DNA from: Halobacteriaceae archaeon
Lineage (GTDB): Archaea; Halobacteriota; Halobacteria; Halobacteriales; Halobacteriaceae
Direction: 5' to 3'
DNA: 64,000 bases
Assembly: GCA_042216675.1 (NCBI GenBank)
Contig: JBDGTS010000020.1
Coordinates: 32,001 to 96,000, forward strand
Of this stretch, positions 38,207 to 48,147 are shown one piece after another. Below the pieces are notes generated by a model that was given only the letters and a program-made list of their open reading frames with translations, was not told where the DNA came from and did no database searches. Both the position numbers and the translations under genes were made by a program. Every line of letters starts with the position of its first letter. Within the stretch, counting starts at the first letter, position 1.

Positions 38207-39243
38207 CAGGACTCACCCGGCGGGTCGAGGGGCACACAGATGTTGTACGTGTCCGTCGGCCACGAGGCGTGCGAGGGCAGGTCCGCGGGCGTCTCCGCCT
38301 CCGCTTTGTCCTCCGCGCTGTGTTCGTGGACCGCGAGGTAGAGGTGGGTCGCCTCGCCGTCCTCGACGAGGACCTGCGCGCGTTCGACGTTGGCGAACGT
38401 GTCCGCGGTGCCGTCGTCCCACTCGACGACGAGTTCCCGGTCACCCGTCGTCCGTTGGGGATAGGCCTCCGGCGGGTCGGAGACGGTCCACTCGACGCCC
38501 TCGGAGGAGGTGGCGTGGAAGCCCGCGTAACTGTCGACGAAGCCCGCGTCCTCGTGGTGGTGGTGCATGTCCTTCGCGACGAGTTCGTACTGCTCCGTGG
38601 CCTCGGAGTACCAGACGGCGTGGTCTTCGAGGGGGGAGAGGACGTGCTTGCCGACGCGTTCGTACTGCTCGTCCCAGTGGTCGGCCTCGTAGACGCTCAT
38701 CTCGAAGTCGCCGTCGCGGACGTAGAGGAGGACCCGGCCGTCGTCGTGGACGACGGGCACGGCGTTCGTCTCGCCGGGGACGACGGGGCCGTGTTTCTCC
38801 CACGGGCCGGCGGGGTGGTCGGCAGTGGCGAGGCCGACGGCCTTCCCCGTTCGCTCGACGCCGTGGGGGTCCTCGGGCGTCGGACGCGGTCCCTCGTAAC
38901 TGCACCCGTAGTAGTAGAGCAGGTAGGTGCCGTCGTGTTCGGCGACGGACGGATTGTGGGACATCCGGTCCCAGTCGCCCTCCTCGCCGGGCGGGATGAC
39001 TTCCTCCGCGAACTCGAAGGGACCCTCGGGCGTGGGCGCCGTCGCCCGCACGACGTGGGAGTTCGAGGTCCACCCCGGCGAGAAGGTGACGCCCTTCGAC
39101 CACCGCGAGGCGAACATGTGATAGTCGCCGTCGGGGCCGGGCACCACCGAGGCGCCCCAGATCCAGTAGTCGTCCATGCGAAAGCCGCCGTCCGTCGGTG
39201 CGGGTCGCAGGCGCTCGCGGAACCCGCCCGCTGTCGGTGCCAT
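38206..39243 (-). CDS. Five-bladed beta-propeller glycoside hydrolase (GH43/GH62-like fold)
   Basis: WIWGASV, YHMFASRW, PEGPF, SHNP, LED, ERAQV. TGATG overlap with DUF296. Confidence 0.75.
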   Translation of the reverse strand: MAPTAGGFRERLRPAPTDGGFRMDDYWIWGASVVPGPDGDYHMFASRWSKGVTFSPGWTSNSHVVRATAPTPEGPFEFAEEVIPPGEEGDWDRMSHNPSVAEHDGTYLLYYYGCSYEGPRPTPEDPHGVERTGKAVGLATADHPAGPWEKHGPVVPGETNAVPVVHDDGRVLLYVRDGDFEMSVYEADHWDEQYERVGKHVLSPLEDHAVWYSEATEQYELVAKDMHHHHEDAGFVDSYAGFHATSSEGVEWTVSDPPEAYPQRTTGDRELVVEWDDGTADTFANVERAQVLVEDGEATHLYLAVHEHSAEDKAEAETPADLPSHASWPTDTYNICVPLDPPGES

Positions 39244-39322
39244 GCCCGCCCCCATCAGGCGGGCCCACATAAGCGTTGTGCGGCGACAAACCGTTTCAGT
39301 CGCGCGCCCCACCCCCGAGGCG

Positions 39323-39562
39323 ATGACTGGACCGCACCCATCGAAACACGAACTCGAAGACGCCCGCGTCTACGTCCACGTCGCGGGCGAGGACAGTGCC
39401 GGGGCGACGGTGACCCACGTCGACGTGGAGCATCCCGCCCTCGACGACATCATCGAACCGGACGAGAGCACGTTCGTCGGCGGCAAGGACGGCGGCGTGT
39501 TCATCGGCCTCGAAGACGAGATGATAGACCGCGCGGAGGCGTACGTCGAATCGCAGGAGTGA
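39323..39562 (+). CDS. Small acidic hypothetical protein (79 aa)
   Basis: ATG at 39323, acidic composition and typical codon usage. Confidence 0.65.
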   Translation: MTGPHPSKHELEDARVYVHVAGEDSAGATVTHVDVEHPALDDIIEPDESTFVGGKDGGVFIGLEDEMIDRAEAYVESQE

Positions 39563-39593
39563 GAGCGACGCGGAGGCCACAAGAACTAACCGA

Positions 39594-40856
39594 GTGGTTG
39601 GAAAGCCGACGTGTACGCCCCGCCTCAGCAGGCGCGCCCTCCTCGGCGCCGGCGCCGCCGGCGTCACCGCCACGACGGCCGGATGTCTCGGCGGCGGGTC
39701 CGCGTCCTTCGACGCGTGGACGCCGCCGCCGGAGACGTGGCCGCTGGCGCGCTACGACCCCCGGAACAGGAACCACAATCCGAACGCCGCGCCGCCCCGC
39801 GACGGCGTCGAGACGGCGTGGGAAAGCCAGACCGACGTGGACGTGTGGACGCTCGTGGTCGCGAACGGCCGCGTCGTCGCCGCCGGCGACGAGGGTCTCG
39901 CCGTCCTCGACGACGACCGGGGCACCATCGACGAGCGCGACCCCGTGCCCGCGCAGGCGGCCGGCTTCGGCCCGCGCGACGAGTACGGCCGCCGACCGCT
40001 GTACGCGGCGACGGTCCTCGGCTACCGTGTCGACACCGCCATCGCCGCCCTCCGGGACCGGCGCTACGGCGGTGCGGGCGGGTCGACGACGTTCTGGCGG
40101 ACGTACGAGACGGCGGGCGGCGAGGCCATCCACCTCGTGACGGGCGCCGACGGCGTGTACGTCGGCCACATGGGCGGCCCCCTCGTCGCCGCCGCGGCCG
40201 ACGACGGGAGCGAGCGCTGGCGGAAACGGGGCGCCGTGCCGGCGCTGACGGACGGACGCCTCCTCGCCGGGGAGTACAGCGCGCTCCGCGCATACGAGCC
40301 ACGCTCGGGCCTCGACGCGCGCCTCACCGGCGGGCCGGCGGAGACGTGGAGGCAGCGGGGTGGGCACGAAGCGCCCGTCATCTCGGACGGGCGGGTGTTT
40401 GCCGGCCGTCGAGCCGGCATGGGGTCGGAAGAGCCCTCGCTCTTCGGCCACGACGCCGCCACCGGCGAGCGACTGTGGGAGCCCCGCTCGCTCGGCACCA
40501 GCGCCAGTTCGCCGGCCGTCGTCGGCGACACGGGCTACGTCGGCGTGTCGCGGGAGAACGACGACGGCATCACCCAAAGCGGAGCGCTCGTCGCTCTCGA
40601 CCTCACCGACGGCACGACGCGGTGGCGCCGCGACTGGAGCGCAGGCGTCGGCGACCCCGTGGCCGGCGGCAACGGCGTCGTCGTCGCGCAGGGCGGGCAA
40701 CCCGACACCGAGGCGGACCGCCTGCGCGCGTACGACGCCGAGAGCGGCGAACCGCTGTGGACCCACGACGCGCCCGACCCGATTGACGCCGTGGCGCTGG
40801 TGCAGTCGACGGTGTTCGTCGGGTCCCGCGACGGGCGCGTGGCGGCGCTCCGCTGA
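39594..40856 (+). CDS. Tat lipoprotein with PQQ-like beta-propeller repeats (start uncertain)
   Basis: LSRRALL...AGC lipobox, W..ARYDPRN, repeated DA.TGE..W blades. Confidence 0.82.
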   Translation: MVGKPTCTPRLSRRALLGAGAAGVTATTAGCLGGGSASFDAWTPPPETWPLARYDPRNRNHNPNAAPPRDGVETAWESQTDVDVWTLVVANGRVVAAGDEGLAVLDDDRGTIDERDPVPAQAAGFGPRDEYGRRPLYAATVLGYRVDTAIAALRDRRYGGAGGSTTFWRTYETAGGEAIHLVTGADGVYVGHMGGPLVAAAADDGSERWRKRGAVPALTDGRLLAGEYSALRAYEPRSGLDARLTGGPAETWRQRGGHEAPVISDGRVFAGRRAGMGSEEPSLFGHDAATGERLWEPRSLGTSASSPAVVGDTGYVGVSRENDDGITQSGALVALDLTDGTTRWRRDWSAGVGDPVAGGNGVVVAQGGQPDTEADRLRAYDAESGEPLWTHDAPDPIDAVALVQSTVFVGSRDGRVAALR

Positions 40857-40915
40857 GAACCGGATGATTTCGCAGGGAAGGGAGGGTAGTAGGCCCTGCG
40901 TCGGAACCGGAGACC

Positions 40916-42154
40916 ATGAGCGACCCCGTGGCACTCGGCACCGTGGACGTGAGCGCGGCCGGCGGGCGCCCGAAGATGCGCCTCGGCGACCTGACGGGCG
41001 ACGGCCGCATCGACCTCCTGTTCGCGCAGGGCGACGACATCGACGCCACGCGCACGCCCCACGAGGTGACCTCGCTGACCGCCATCGACCTCGACGGCGA
41101 GGTGCGGTGGCAGGTGGGCGACGTGACCGCGGCCGGCGGCAGTCACGGCGCGGACTACCCCGTCCAGATCTGGGACGCCGACGGCGACGGCGCGAACGAA
41201 GTCTGTTGCGTGATGGACGACCGGTTCGTCGTCGTGGACGGCGCGAGCGGCGTCATCCAGCGGACCCACGACCTGCCGCACCCCGACGCACACGACTGCA
41301 TCGTCCCCGCGAACCTCACCGGCGGCGAGGGGCGCCAGGACGTGATTCTGAAGGACCGGTACGACAAACTGTGGGCTCTCGACGCCGACTTCGAACTGCT
41401 GTGGACCCACGAGGGGAACACCGGCCACTACCCGTGGCCCCACGACTTCGACGGCGACGGCCGCGAGGAGGTGATGGCGGGCTACGACTTCCTCGACTCC
41501 GACGGCACCGTGGAGTGGTCCGCCGACATCACCGAGGCCCACGCCGACTGCATCTGGATTGCCGACGTGGACGCGGACGGCGACCCCGAGATTCTCATCG
41601 GCGAGGGCGGCCTCTACGCCTACGACCCGTCGGGCGAGGAACTGTGGCGCAACACGTCGCCCCGTGAGGTCCAACACATCGCGCCCGGCGACTTCCGGAG
41701 TGAGTCGGGGCTTCAGGTCGCGGGCCTCGACCGCATCGTCCGTGGGTCCGGCCGCGGCGGCGGACAGGACGGCATCTTCGTCGTGGACGACGCGGGCGAA
41801 CTGCTCGTCGAGGAGGACCGCGACCCCGGCGGGTGGCTCACCATCCTCGAACCGATGCCGAACTGGGACGGCCGCGACCGGGACCTGATTCTCGGATGGC
41901 GCCGCGGCGGGGACACGAATCCGACGCTGTACGACGGGCATCTGAACCCCGTCGTCACGTTCCCCGTCGACGGCGACCTCGCGCACGCGGACCTCTGTGA
42001 CACGGGACGAGAGCAAGTGGTGATTCGCGACGGCGACACAGTGCATCTGTTCGGCGACGAGGACGTGACGCTCGCACCGGCCCCGGACGCCGACCCGCGC
42101 CCGCAGCCGAAACGGCTGGCGACGGCGACGCTGTATCCGGGCGGGGAGCGGTGA
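40916..42154 (+). CDS. FG-GAP/Ca-loop beta-propeller protein, rhamnogalacturonan lyase (PL11)-like
   Basis: Repeated DxDGDG..E loops, NTGH, HAD. No signal peptide. Confidence 0.6.
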   Translation: MSDPVALGTVDVSAAGGRPKMRLGDLTGDGRIDLLFAQGDDIDATRTPHEVTSLTAIDLDGEVRWQVGDVTAAGGSHGADYPVQIWDADGDGANEVCCVMDDRFVVVDGASGVIQRTHDLPHPDAHDCIVPANLTGGEGRQDVILKDRYDKLWALDADFELLWTHEGNTGHYPWPHDFDGDGREEVMAGYDFLDSDGTVEWSADITEAHADCIWIADVDADGDPEILIGEGGLYAYDPSGEELWRNTSPREVQHIAPGDFRSESGLQVAGLDRIVRGSGRGGGQDGIFVVDDAGELLVEEDRDPGGWLTILEPMPNWDGRDRDLILGWRRGGDTNPTLYDGHLNPVVTFPVDGDLAHADLCDTGREQVVIRDGDTVHLFGDEDVTLAPAPDADPRPQPKRLATATLYPGGER

Positions 42155-42187
42155 AAAATCGCCCAGCGAAAGACGCCGCGCGAGCGC

Positions 42188-44239
42188 TCACTCCATCTTC
42201 GGTTCGAACGCGCCGAAGTGGTGTCGGGACTGCGGATAGCCGGGGTTGCCCGTCGCGCCCATGATCTTCAGGCCGTACGTCTCGCTCCGCGAGACGGCGT
42301 TCCAGAGGTCAGCGTTGTACATCTGACCCACGGGACGGCGGTCCTTCGGTTTCGGCGAGTATTCGCCGTTACCGTACACCAGCGACGGGACCGTCTGGTT
42401 GAAGATCCACGCGAGTCGGCGGGTGATTGCCTCGTGGTCGTTGCCCGACTGGTTCAGTTTCTGAATCATCGGCACGACGTCGACGGTTTCGGTCGAGCTG
42501 TCCGGGTTGCCGATTTCCGATGGGACCTCCCACTGGTCGGGGTGATTGACCTTCTTCGTCGCCGACCCACCCCACGGGTAGTCCTGCCCGAGGAAGCCAA
42601 AGCCCTGCTGGAACTCCGAACCAGGCCAGCCCATGCCGCCCTCGTCGAAGTCGTAGAACAGGTCGTAGTCGCCGCTCCGGAGCGTCTTGCTGACCAGCGT
42701 CGATTCGATGGCGGTGAATTCCGTCTTGATACCGAAACTCTCCAGTCTGTCCTTGAACGCCCGGGACACCTCGACGGGGATTTCGCTGGACTGCTTGAGC
42801 GTGATGATGAAGCGGTCGCCGTTCTCCATCTGCCAGTTGCCCCCGCTTTTCGAGAGGCCCGCCTCCTGGAGGAGGGTCGTGGCGCGGTCCTGGGCCGACG
42901 ACTGGACGGTGTACCCCGACCAGTTGTTCTTCACCGCACCCGTATCGAGGCGCTTGATGACGCTCCCCCACGAGAGCCCCGTCGGTGCCGGGACCGGGAC
43001 CGGACTCTGCTGGGACGTCTCCTGCGTGTTCTGATAGCCGATGGTGGACAGTTGCATCTGGTTCATCAGGTGCAACAGTGCCTTCCGAACCTTCGTCTTC
43101 GCGAGGGCCGGGTGGTTGAAGTTGACGTGGAAGCCGACCTCGGTGTTGGCCGCGTACACGCGTCCCGTGCGCGGCGGCTTCTTCCACCCCTGGTTCTTCA
43201 GGTCACGACCCTGTGCTGCGCTGCTGAGGCGCACGTAGTCGAGGTCACCGCCCAGTGCGGCCTGTCCCGCGACGCTTTGCTCGGAGTAGAAGGTGAGTTC
43301 CGCGGTCATACCCTCATCGACCCACTTCTGATGTTCCTCCTTGCCGACGCGGGTCCCGCTCTCGACGTCGGGCCAGTTGACGGCCACGAGGCCGTTCCAC
43401 TCCTCCCACGGTTCGTACACGACGGTCTGGCCGCTTATCTCCTTGATTTTGAACGGCCCGTAGCCGATGGTCTCCTCGAACGGCCGAGTGACGCTCCTGA
43501 TTTCCTGCGTGATGGACTCCATCTCACTCTTGCTGGCAGCGTCCTCGTAGCGCTGTCGCCAGTCGGACCACTCGTCGTGTTTGACCCACATCGGCCCGTT
43601 GCTGATGGTACAACAGGAGTGATGGAGGTTCGCCCCGTACATCGTGTTCCACCACGGGTCGTGTGGCGTCGATGGATCCCGCATGTCCACCTCGACTGTG
43701 GTGTCGTCGATGGCGCGCACGTCGGTGTAGGGGATTGCCTTCTCGCCCCCGGTGCTCTGGGCCAGATACAGTTTCATCATCCGGCCCGTCTCGTAGTCCT
43801 TGGCAGTGTAGGAGTCGCCGTTGTGCCACGTCAGGTCGTCGCGGATTTTGAACGTCGCGGTGCCGTCCTCGATGGGGTCGGTGTGGCGCGGGTGGCCCTC
43901 GAGGATGCCCATCATCGCCCGCTCCGGGTTCAGCATGTCCCAGAGACCGACGCCCGTGAACATCATCGCCCAGTGGTACAGTCCCATCCCCTGTGCGACG
44001 GGGCCAAAGGGGTTGAAGTACAGGTCGTCCGGCGGATTAGCGAAGTAGAAGGCGTTGAACTTCTTATCCGCGATGCCGCCGGAGCCCCCGGTTTCAGCCG
44101 GCGTGCTATCGTCGCCGCCGCCGTTCCCCGAACAGCCTGCGACGCCGGCCACCGACCCCGCTCCGACCGTTGCGAGGAGATTACGTCTCGATAGCTCTGA
44201 GCGAGACTCGTCCGACGAGTCCGTGCCATGTCCTGGCAT
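42188..44239 (-). CDS. Family-5 ABC transporter substrate-binding Tat lipoprotein
   Basis: LSRRNLL...AGC, LTWHNGD, GYGPF, VRKAL. Adjacent to Dpp-type permease and ATPases. Confidence 0.85.
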   Translation of the reverse strand: MPGHGTDSSDESRSELSRRNLLATVGAGSVAGVAGCSGNGGGDDSTPAETGGSGGIADKKFNAFYFANPPDDLYFNPFGPVAQGMGLYHWAMMFTGVGLWDMLNPERAMMGILEGHPRHTDPIEDGTATFKIRDDLTWHNGDSYTAKDYETGRMMKLYLAQSTGGEKAIPYTDVRAIDDTTVEVDMRDPSTPHDPWWNTMYGANLHHSCCTISNGPMWVKHDEWSDWRQRYEDAASKSEMESITQEIRSVTRPFEETIGYGPFKIKEISGQTVVYEPWEEWNGLVAVNWPDVESGTRVGKEEHQKWVDEGMTAELTFYSEQSVAGQAALGGDLDYVRLSSAAQGRDLKNQGWKKPPRTGRVYAANTEVGFHVNFNHPALAKTKVRKALLHLMNQMQLSTIGYQNTQETSQQSPVPVPAPTGLSWGSVIKRLDTGAVKNNWSGYTVQSSAQDRATTLLQEAGLSKSGGNWQMENGDRFIITLKQSSEIPVEVSRAFKDRLESFGIKTEFTAIESTLVSKTLRSGDYDLFYDFDEGGMGWPGSEFQQGFGFLGQDYPWGGSATKKVNHPDQWEVPSEIGNPDSSTETVDVVPMIQKLNQSGNDHEAITRRLAWIFNQTVPSLVYGNGEYSPKPKDRRPVGQMYNADLWNAVSRSETYGLKIMGATGNPGYPQSRHHFGAFEPKME

Positions 44240-44245
44240 AGCAAC

Positions 44246-44252
44246 TCGTTTA
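44246..44252 (-). promoter_or_regulatory. YAAACGW-N6-ATG motif (also at 49194-49200 -, 46677-46683 +, 37091-37097 +)
   Basis: Same heptamer at identical spacing from four ATGs. GAAAAGGTATAAAT BRE/TATA lies just upstream of this copy. Confidence 0.5.
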
Positions 44253-44347
44253 TATCACCCAGCATTTATACCTTTTCATAATTCGGAATATGTAGCACGG
44301 AGCCCGGCCCGACCCCGGTCGGACGGGGAATAGTGCCCGAAGCCGAC

Positions 44348-46564
44348 CTATTCGGAATCCACGACTTCGCTGGACTCCGACTTCTCGCCCGCCGTCTTCG
44401 CGTGTCGGGCGCGGATGCGCGGGTTGTAGAGGCGGTCCGTGCCCTGACTGAACAACAGGAGCCCCAGCGACAGCGTCGTGATCGCGAAGAGCGGAATCGC
44501 GATGAGGTAGAACCGGTCGGGGCTGGTGAGCGCACCCGAGTCACGCGCGTTGTCCATCCAGACGCCCCAGTTGAGGGAGTTGTACGGCAGGATGCCGAGG
44601 AAGTACAGCCCCGCGGAGACGAACACGATGTTGCGCGCGGCCCGCATCGTGTTCATCGTGATGAGGGGCATCAGATTCATCAGAATCTTCTTCGAGAAGA
44701 TAGTCGAAGAGGAGAGCCCCATCGTGCGGGCCGCCTCGACGTACGACTTCTCGCGGATGGTCAGCACCTCCGAGCGCAACTGTCGAGCGAGACTGGGCCA
44801 GTCGTCGATGGCGAGGATGATGCCGACGATTGCCGGACTGCTCGGCTCGAAGATGGCCGCGATGACCACGAGCAGGGGGATGCCCGGAATGTTGATCATG
44901 ATGTCCGTGAGCGTCGTGAGGAGCCAGTCGATGGTCCCGCCGAAGTAGCCCGAGCCGATGCCCACGGCCGCACCCACGAGCGACGCGAAGAGGGCACCCG
45001 CGAACATCATCTTCAGCATCGGCGTCGTGGAGTACACGAGGCGCGAGACGAGGTCGGTCCCGATCTTGTCCGTCCCGAGCGGGTGGGCGAGCGACTGGAA
45101 GGGGCCCATGCTGAAGTTCTCCGGACTCGCCTGCAACGCGCTCGGCTTGGCGACGATTTCCGGGGCGACGAAGCCGAGGAAGACGTAGAACAAAACGATG
45201 AGCAAGCCGACGCGGGCCCGCGGCGCGGACCAGAGGATGCGCATCGGCGTGAGCACGCGGCGATCGAGCGTCCTGTACCCCGGTTGCAGGTACCGTCGGT
45301 CGAGCGACTCGTAGGCCACCTCCAGTCGCTCACGGAGCCCCTCCGGTGCCGTCGCGGTTCCGGGGGCCCCGGCCGAGTCGCCGTTACTGACCGGTCGGCC
45401 GCCGTTGCTGGCAGCGGTGCCACCGACCGCCGCCCCCTCGACGCGGTCGAATCCCGACAGATCGACGGGGTCGAGGCGCATCGAGTCGGCGTCCGAGCCA
45501 CGGACCAGCCGCCTCACTTTCCGAACGGCCCCCTGTGCGAGTCGCGCGAGGTTCGTGCCGTAGGACGCCGACTCGCGGTTGCTGACCCGGGGGTCGATCC
45601 AGCCGTACGTGAGGTCGGCGATGAGGAGTGCGATGACGGTGACGACGGTGAAGATGATCAGCCCGCCCAGCATGAGCGGGTAGTCCCGGGTCTGGATGGC
45701 CTTCCACATGTAGTAGCCCATCCCGGGGTACGTGAAGATGTTCTCCATGATGATGGACCCGCCGAAGACGGCGGCCATGCCGGCCATGATGCCCGTGTAC
45801 ATCGGAAGCAGCGAGTTCCACGCGACGTAGCGGACCATGATGCGGGACTCGCGGAGGCCACGCAGTCGGCCCACCCGGATGTAGTCTTCACCGAGGATTC
45901 GGGTGCAGTGCGCGCGGAAACTCAGCCCGCCCCACGCGGTGACGGCAAAGGAGAGAATCGGGAGGGAGGCGTAGTAGAGGACGCCCTTCATGAACGGGAG
46001 GTTGAACCCGGGCGTCGTGCCGGGCTGCATCTGCCCGCGGGTCGGGAACCAGCCGAGGACGAACCCGAAGACGAACAGGAGCAACAGCGCCACGACGTAG
46101 TAGGGCACCGAGTCGCTGAACATCACGAAGTAACTGCCGAACACGTCCCACTTCGAGCCCTCTTTGGTGGCGAGGAAGGAGCCGATGAGCAGGAACATGA
46201 TGGTCCCGATGCTGATGGCGACGAGCGAGATGAAGATAGTCCACGGGAGCGCGTCGAGGATGATGTCGCTGACCGGGCGATTGAAGGTGACGGAGCGCCC
46301 GAAGTCGAAGTGAAGAACCACACTCGACAGGTAGTTGAGATACTGTTCATGGAGGGGTGCGTCCGGTTTGAGCTGGAGATATGTCTGGACGATGCGGTTG
46401 ATCTGGGTCTGACTTAACTGCGACACGCCCGCCAGTCGCGCGGCCATGTATGCCGCTGGACTACCCGGCATCTTGTGGACGATGACGAACGAGAGCGTGA
46501 TCGCCCCCCAGATGGTGATACCCGCCTGCAGCAGTCGCTTCCCCAAGTAGCCCGCAGTTACCAT
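44348..46564 (-). CDS. Fused DppB-DppC-type ABC permease
   Basis: First half: KRLLQA, DFGRS, EDYIRVGRLRGL, ENIFTYPGMG, RDYP. Second half: HPLGTD, SYVEAARTMG, LYFLG, NWG, YNPR. One continuous frame. Confidence 0.88.
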   Translation of the reverse strand: MVTAGYLGKRLLQAGITIWGAITLSFVIVHKMPGSPAAYMAARLAGVSQLSQTQINRIVQTYLQLKPDAPLHEQYLNYLSSVVLHFDFGRSVTFNRPVSDIILDALPWTIFISLVAISIGTIMFLLIGSFLATKEGSKWDVFGSYFVMFSDSVPYYVVALLLLFVFGFVLGWFPTRGQMQPGTTPGFNLPFMKGVLYYASLPILSFAVTAWGGLSFRAHCTRILGEDYIRVGRLRGLRESRIMVRYVAWNSLLPMYTGIMAGMAAVFGGSIIMENIFTYPGMGYYMWKAIQTRDYPLMLGGLIIFTVVTVIALLIADLTYGWIDPRVSNRESASYGTNLARLAQGAVRKVRRLVRGSDADSMRLDPVDLSGFDRVEGAAVGGTAASNGGRPVSNGDSAGAPGTATAPEGLRERLEVAYESLDRRYLQPGYRTLDRRVLTPMRILWSAPRARVGLLIVLFYVFLGFVAPEIVAKPSALQASPENFSMGPFQSLAHPLGTDKIGTDLVSRLVYSTTPMLKMMFAGALFASLVGAAVGIGSGYFGGTIDWLLTTLTDIMINIPGIPLLVVIAAIFEPSSPAIVGIILAIDDWPSLARQLRSEVLTIREKSYVEAARTMGLSSSTIFSKKILMNLMPLITMNTMRAARNIVFVSAGLYFLGILPYNSLNWGVWMDNARDSGALTSPDRFYLIAIPLFAITTLSLGLLLFSQGTDRLYNPRIRARHAKTAGEKSESSEVVDSE

Positions 46565-46689
46565 GGGGGGAGGTAACACAGGTCATTCTTAAGTATTTTT
46601 CTTAGAGGACTGTAACCAGCGTCGCGGAGCGATCTGCGGTGTGTGAACTCGGCACAACCTATAAATAGTACATAAGCAAACGTGTCCCC

Positions 46690-46794
46690 ATGAAAGTCGA
46701 GAAGGAAGGGAGTACCCTGAAGTACCTGCTGTATCTGGGCATAGCACTGCTGGGCGTCTTCATCGTGTACTGGACCTATGTCACGCTGGTTTGA
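46690..46794 (+). CDS. 34-aa single-TM microprotein (absent from the ORF track)
   Basis: MKVEKEGSTLKYLLYLGIALLGVFIVYWTYVTLV; TATA-like TATAAA about 30 nt upstream. Confidence 0.6.
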   Translation: MKVEKEGSTLKYLLYLGIALLGVFIVYWTYVTLV

Positions 46795-46828
46795 CCGGGC
46801 TCGCGGCGACAGTGGAGGTGGCTGACGG

Positions 46829-47065
46829 ATGGACACGAGAACGCGTGATCGGCTCCTCGGGTCCATCTCCCTGAAGGTAGCCGTCGCGGGCGTCGTGTTG
46901 ATCGGCGCGGGGGCGGGTATCGACGTCGTCCTCAGGCCGCTTCTCGACGCGGGGCGACAGGCCGGCGTCTGGGCTGGCGTCGTCGGCCTCGTCGGCCTCT
47001 ACGTCACCCTCCTGTCTCTGGTCGTCCTCGGGGTGCTGGAGTTCCTCCGGTACATGGGCTACTAG
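46829..47065 (+). CDS. 78-aa two-TM membrane protein
   Basis: Two hydrophobic helices; GGAGGTG Shine-Dalgarno-like sequence upstream. Confidence 0.7.
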   Translation: MDTRTRDRLLGSISLKVAVAGVVLIGAGAGIDVVLRPLLDAGRQAGVWAGVVGLVGLYVTLLSLVVLGVLEFLRYMGY

Positions 47066-48147
47066 TCCTCCAGCGGATCGCTCTCCGCGTACTCCTCGTC
47101 GTCCTGCGCCCAGAAGCACGCCGTCTTCGTCTCCGCGGTCGATTCGAGGGCCGGGTTGCGCTCGGCGCAGGTCTCACGGGCCTCCGGACACCGCGTGTGG
47201 AACGAACAGCCGGATGGCGGATTCACCGGGTCGGGCACGTCGATGTCCCGAAGCGGCGGCTCCTCAATAGGGTCGTCGTAGTCCCTGATGCTTGAGGACG
47301 CCCACATCAACACCTGCGTGTAGGGATGTTGGGGGTTCTCGATTATCTCTTCGACCGGTCCGATCTCGACGAGTTCCCCGAGGTACATAATGCCGATGCG
47401 GCCGTCAGCCTTCTCGGTGAGGTAGCGCGCGTTCGAGATGTCGTGGCTGATGAACAGATAGGAGGTGTCGAAGCGCTCCTGCAGTTCGAGCATCAGGTCC
47501 ATCATGTCCACCCGCAGGCTCACGTCGAGGGCGCTGATGGCTTCGTCCGCGAGGACGAGTTCCGGTTGCATCAGCAAGGCGCGCGCGAGGGCCACCCGCT
47601 GTTGCTCGCCGCCGCTGAGTTGGTGGGGGTACCGCGTGAGGTAGTTCTCGGCCGGCGTAACGCCCACCGCCTGCAGGAACTGGATCAGGTACTCCCGTCT
47701 CTCGTCGGCGGCCAGTCCGTCGTACCACCGCTTCAGCGGGTCCGAGAGGATGGCCTGCACGGTCCGCTGGGGCTCCAGCGACGCGCCGGGGTCCTGATGG
47801 ATGATCTGGAGTTTCGGCCGAATCCGGCCGAAGGGGATGTCCCCCCGTCCGGCCTTGGCGGCCTGAACATCCTGTCCTCGGTAGCGCACTGCCCCTGAGG
47901 TCGGTTCTTGGAGGCCGATGGCCGTCTTGCCGAGCGTCGTCTTGCCACAGCCACTCTCGCCGACGAGTGCGACGACTTCGTTCTCGCCGATGTCGAGGGA
48001 CACGTCCTGCACCGCACGGACGGCACGTTTCTCCCCTGTGAGGCGGTCGATGACGGACTGTCCCGTGTCGAACTCGACGGACACGTCGTCGAGTGATACC
48101 ACCGGTTCCTCGGTCCGTTCGGTCGGTTTGTCGGTTTGCTCGCTCAT
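47062..48147 (-). CDS. dppF: Oligopeptide-type ABC ATPase (DppF-like)
   Basis: GESGCGKT, YPHQLSGGEQQR, ADE, HPYT, GCSFHTRCP. Confidence 0.9.
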   Translation of the reverse strand: MSEQTDKPTERTEEPVVSLDDVSVEFDTGQSVIDRLTGEKRAVRAVQDVSLDIGENEVVALVGESGCGKTTLGKTAIGLQEPTSGAVRYRGQDVQAAKAGRGDIPFGRIRPKLQIIHQDPGASLEPQRTVQAILSDPLKRWYDGLAADERREYLIQFLQAVGVTPAENYLTRYPHQLSGGEQQRVALARALLMQPELVLADEAISALDVSLRVDMMDLMLELQERFDTSYLFISHDISNARYLTEKADGRIGIMYLGELVEIGPVEEIIENPQHPYTQVLMWASSSIRDYDDPIEEPPLRDIDVPDPVNPPSGCSFHTRCPEARETCAERNPALESTAETKTACFWAQDDEEYAESDPLED

